This document shows, one piece after another, positions 60,883 through 64,000 of a stretch of DNA of 64,000 nucleotides. The notes under the pieces were generated by a model. It searched no databases. It was not told where the DNA came from and saw nothing but the letters and a program-made list of their open reading frames with translations. Each line of letters opens with the position of its first letter. Position 1 is the first letter of the stretch. Made by a program: the position numbers and the translations under genes. Source of the stretch: Vampirovibrio sp. (GTDB lineage Bacteria > Cyanobacteriota > Vampirovibrionia > Vampirovibrionales > JAJTHC01); assembly GCA_050916035.1 (NCBI GenBank), contig CP050876.1, positions 1,120,635 to 1,184,634 of the forward strand. Reading direction: 5' to 3'.

Positions 60883-60952
60883 TACAAGTAGTAGTATGAC
60901 ACAAATGTAGGAGGAATCCAAGTCAAGCCCTTGAGGCAAAGTTATATTCCGC

Positions 60953-62167
60953 TTAAAGTACAATGGTTCCGCCGTAGCGCCCTCGTTTAAACGTGACGCG
61001 TTTTTCACTTTCGAGCTGTTTCAAACCGCGGCGAATGGAATTGACCGTCACGCCAATTTCGTCAGACAAGGCTTGGACTGAAGGCAGTTGTTCTCCCGAC
61101 TGAAATTCATTCGAGAGCTTGGCATGCAGGGACTGATACGCTTTTTCATAATCATACGCTTCAATGTGTTGTTCCACCGGGATAAAGAAATGTTCAATAT
61201 CACTTAAAGGCGTCGTATACAAAGGCAAGCGGGTCACGTAAGTGCCGTAGCGTCCACGTTTGGCATGGGTCATGCCTTGTTCCGCTAAGCGTTGCATCGC
61301 GTCATGCACAGTTTTAATCGACACCTTGAACGATGTCGCCAATTCCTGATGCGAAGGTAAGGTGTCATTGACTTCATAGTGATCCGAAATCAAGGCTTTG
61401 AGGTCTCGCTCCACTTGATCAATCAACGTATAGGATTCAATCGGGGCAAAAACTTTTCCCACATGTTCAATAGAAGGCAAGCGTTTCAACGTCCAGTTGG
61501 GTTTTTTACCTCGATTGCCCATGGCTTCTAAAAGGCCTTCATTGGCCAAAAATTCCATGGCCAATCGCGTGGTGTTGGGAGCCGAATCAATGGTTTTGGC
61601 CATTTCACGGCTTGAAGGCAGAATATCATTGACTTGGAAACCCGCACTGACAATATACTGTTGAATGGCCAATACGGCTTGATCCCGCTTAGAGGTTTGC
61701 TTACGAATACGTGAAACCTCTTGCGTATCAGACGCATTGCGTAACAAGGTTCCAATACGTTGCTTGGATTCCACCCAGCCTTCGTCTTCCACAAAACGAA
61801 TTGCATTTTGAACCGTTCCAATACTGACGCCTAAATAATCGGCCAAATCTTTTTTCAAGGGAAGTAAATGAGATTCATGCAAGGTGGCTTGTTCAAAACC
61901 TGCTTGAATCCAAGCGCTTAACCATTCTGCGATTTGAGTATCTTTACCAACCCCCATACTGAGAGAAAACGCTTCAGGTAATTCATTCACGCTTAAGCGA
62001 ATAGGGGCTTGAAGCGTCGCGGTATTTTCCAGCACTTGCTCATGCAAGAGCCTTGTAGAACTAAAGGCGCCTTTGACTTGCCGAGTGGCGGGTCGCATAT
62101 TTTGCGTGCCATTGACGGCCATATGAAGGGAAAGCGTTTCTGTGGGTTGTTGAGGCGTTTTGGACAT
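60953..62167 (-). CDS. multi-domain transcription regulator with four tandem GntR-type winged-HTH modules
   Basis: Four repeats of LPS..ELA..VS..TV..A...L...G.......G.GT.V, starting LPLKKDLADYLGVSIGTVQNAIRFVEDEGWV, LPSSREMAKTIDSAPNTTRLAMEFLANEGLL, LPSHQELATSFKVSIKTVHDAMQRLAEQGM and LPSVQALSDEIGVTVNSIRRGLKQLESEKRV. Confidence 0.6.
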   Translation of the reverse strand: MSKTPQQPTETLSLHMAVNGTQNMRPATRQVKGAFSSTRLLHEQVLENTATLQAPIRLSVNELPEAFSLSMGVGKDTQIAEWLSAWIQAGFEQATLHESHLLPLKKDLADYLGVSIGTVQNAIRFVEDEGWVESKQRIGTLLRNASDTQEVSRIRKQTSKRDQAVLAIQQYIVSAGFQVNDILPSSREMAKTIDSAPNTTRLAMEFLANEGLLEAMGNRGKKPNWTLKRLPSIEHVGKVFAPIESYTLIDQVERDLKALISDHYEVNDTLPSHQELATSFKVSIKTVHDAMQRLAEQGMTHAKRGRYGTYVTRLPLYTTPLSDIEHFFIPVEQHIEAYDYEKAYQSLHAKLSNEFQSGEQLPSVQALSDEIGVTVNSIRRGLKQLESEKRVTFKRGRYGGTIVL

Positions 62168-62439
62168 GAATGGTTCCTTATCTATGTCATCTATGTCTGA
62201 TGAGTGTTAAATGTGATGCAAAGCCTTTTGTCGAAAAATATATAAAATATGCATCCTCTATACGTATTAAAACAAACAGCGTTCTATTTAATGCTATTGT
62301 TTTAATAGAGATTACTTTATTTACCTTTCGGCTGAGACAACGCAGACTTTAATTTTTGTTACAAATAAAAACAAACACAGGTATCCGTCGTTCATTTTAA
62401 ATCTTGTTCCCTAGATTCTGTTGAGATTTGTTAAGAGGC

Positions 62440-63030
62440 AGGATGCACTGCTCTAAAAGGAGGGTTTATAGGTTTTATTCGTTGAGGCTCAACCCCTATC
62501 AATGGGCACGCATTTATGAGTATTTATGCGGGTTTCAAGAAATTCATGTCAAAAATAAAGCCGTCTGCCGTCACACTACGGGTCGTGGAATACGGTCTAC
62601 CGCCGTTTTGCAGACTGGGCGAAAAAAGGAATTTGGTACAAAATGCTGTATTATTTTCAAGAAGATCCCGATATGGAGTATATCATGGTGGATTCTACGA
62701 TATTAAGGGCGCACGCCTGTGCCAGTCCCAAAAAAACGAGCAAGACTCTGAAGGCTTAGGGCGTTCTTGTGGGGGCTTTTCTTCTAAAATACATGCCGTA
62801 TGCGATGCGCTGGGCAATCCGTTAGGCTTTATTGTCAGTGGTGGTTAGGGTCACGACGCGACGCAAGCCATTGCTTTAATTTCGGGGCTTCAGGTGAACG
62901 CCTTACTGGCGGACAAGGGCTATGATAGCGATGCTAGTCGTGAGTTTGCGCGGCATCAGGAAATTGAACCTCATATCCCTCCTCGTCAAAACCGTGTAGA
63001 AACAAGGTTTTATGATAAAGAACTGTGAGA
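62440..63030 (+). pseudogene. degraded IS5-family (IS427-like) transposase remnant
   Basis: Fragments of the orfA-like GIRS..WAKKGIWYKML..MVDSTILRAHACAS and the orfB-like LADKGYDSD, broken by several frameshifts and stops. Distinct in sequence from the intact IS. Confidence 0.6.
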
Positions 63031-63089
63031 CATTTAACTATTTAGCTATATTTTAAGTTGACTTGGTGGAAGTAAATAGCTACCGCATG

Positions 63090-63585
63090 AATGAAGTCTT
63101 TCAGGCTCCGAGACACCACCTTCCATAGCTTTCTCAGGGTTTTAAGGCCACGACAACCCACTTCCCAGTCAAGGGTTCGTCGCGTTTCTCGACACAGAGC
63201 CAGCCATACCCATATTTTGCGTTTTTTTAGTCAAAAAAGTGCAGAGCTCATCCAGTTCAAGCACGGTGACGGGTTGCGGTTCGAGCCGAGAGCCTGAGCT
63301 GTCCATTTTTCGAATTTGTTTAAGCACCGCCACTGTAGAAACCCCAATTATTTTCCCAATTTGGCGGAGGGAAACCCCCGACAAATAGAGATTTCTGGCA
63401 AGCTCCCACAAGTGCGGAGCAAGCCCCTTGGGGGTAGAACGTGTATATTAACAGGGACAATTTTTGCATTGATAGCGTTGGTTTTCGCCAATAAATACTG
63501 CTTTGACTTTGTCAAAACTACCACATTTGGCACACTGCCTTTTATAGTACTCCTTAATAGACTTAAGGAGTATTATAAAAGCTAT
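63090..63585 (-). pseudogene. IS1-family (InsA/InsB-like) transposase remnant
   Basis: The minus strand encodes the C..CAKCGSFDKVK..RYQCKNC zinc-finger and the GVSLRQIGKIIGVSTVAVLKQIRKM HTH of InsA, then an InsB N-terminal ELDELCTFLTKKTQ. It is interrupted by stops. Confidence 0.55.
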
Positions 63586-64000
63586 TTAGGTAGTGTCGAC
63601 ATTTACTTAAGCCATAAACAAATAGAAGCAAGATGAACAAAAGACAAATAAGCCACATCTAATTTATCGTAACGGGTTGCCATTCGCCTGAAGTTTTTAA
63701 GGTCTTTAAACAAGTTTTCTACCAAGTGGCGAGCCTTGTAAAGGAAGTAATCGACTTGACGAGGAGCCACCGCATTGCTTTTATTAGGGATGACCACTTC
63801 AGCCCCCATGAGGTGAATCGCCTCAAATATTTGTTCTGAAACATAGCCCTTGTCCGCCAAAACCGCCGTGGCTTCAAGCCCTTTTAACAAAGGGATGGCT
63901 TGGGTTGAGTCGGAAACCTGCCCTGCGGTGACGATAAAGCGAACGGGGTTGCCGTGGCTGTCACAAACGGCGTGAAGCTTGCTCGTATAGCCCCCTGACG
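63586..64000 (-). mobile_element. IS5-family (IS427-like) element, copy 3, reverse orientation, truncated by window end
   Basis: Begins with the IR TTAGGTAGTGTCGACAT at 63586. orfB (63603-63890, minus) is identical to orfB of copies 1 and 2. Confidence 0.85.

Noticed and set aside
60445-60910. 148-aa and 77-aa plus-strand ORFs
   Set aside because: They lie entirely within the RNase P RNA gene on the opposite strand.
1-64000. Search for CRISPR arrays or cas genes
   Set aside because: No regularly spaced short direct repeats were seen. The only periodic structures are the palindromic-core dispersed repeat, present as three separated copies, and low-complexity GA tracts.

Overview
This 64 kb window reads as a bacterial chromosome segment of moderate GC content (about 45% by eye). 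Housekeeping genes are interleaved with several clearly accessory, IS-associated patches. I cannot place the organism. The gene content looks like a host-associated or intracellular bacterium, with many large domain-less hypothetical proteins and an IS expansion, and it may be Chlamydiae-like, but that is inference only.

Core genes recognised from motifs:
- argS, gatB, nrdA (class Ia, with an ATP-cone), radA, metF, manC, ctp/tsp, nanE, pdxA, dcd and coaE.
- mtnD at the left end and mtnP (MTAP) on the right, both methionine-salvage genes.
- mlaE, an SPFH protein, a Tat-exported Fe/Mn superoxide dismutase, a phosphopantetheinyl transferase and a sigma-70 family factor.
- An LPS/glycan cluster: DegT aminotransferase, LmbE deacetylase, a GT4 glycosyltransferase and a GT9 heptosyltransferase, with tRNA-Val(GAC) embedded in it.
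- RNase P RNA (rnpB), which the ORF track had covered with spurious ORFs.

Mobile DNA:
- Two near-identical full copies (one SNP) and one truncated copy of an 846 bp IS5-family (IS427-like) element with 17 bp inverted repeats and an A7G frameshift site.
- A second, different IS5-family element with orfA/orfB.
- A degraded IS5-like remnant and an IS1-like remnant, stacked at the right edge of the window.

Most notable unexplained content:
1. An IS-bracketed, partly AT-rich island carrying an EcoRI-methylase-family adenine methyltransferase translationally coupled to a DUF262(ParB-like)-HNH nuclease, alongside a PLP-dependent dehydratase-like enzyme and an IS-split pentapeptide-repeat membrane protein.
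2. A low-GC two-gene cassette (a DUF3800 protein plus an unknown partner, with an ATGA start/stop overlap) flanked by imperfect ~52 bp direct repeats.
3. A three-member paralogous family of membrane proteins with low-complexity N-termini and a YWGDPH/VWD-like extracytoplasmic domain.
4. A dispersed ~270-360 bp intergenic repeat with a perfect palindromic core, present at three loci.
5. An orphan flgL-like flagellar hook-associated gene.
6. A 404-aa protein built from four tandem GntR-type HTH modules.

All coordinates are from manual reading and may be off by a few bases at ends.
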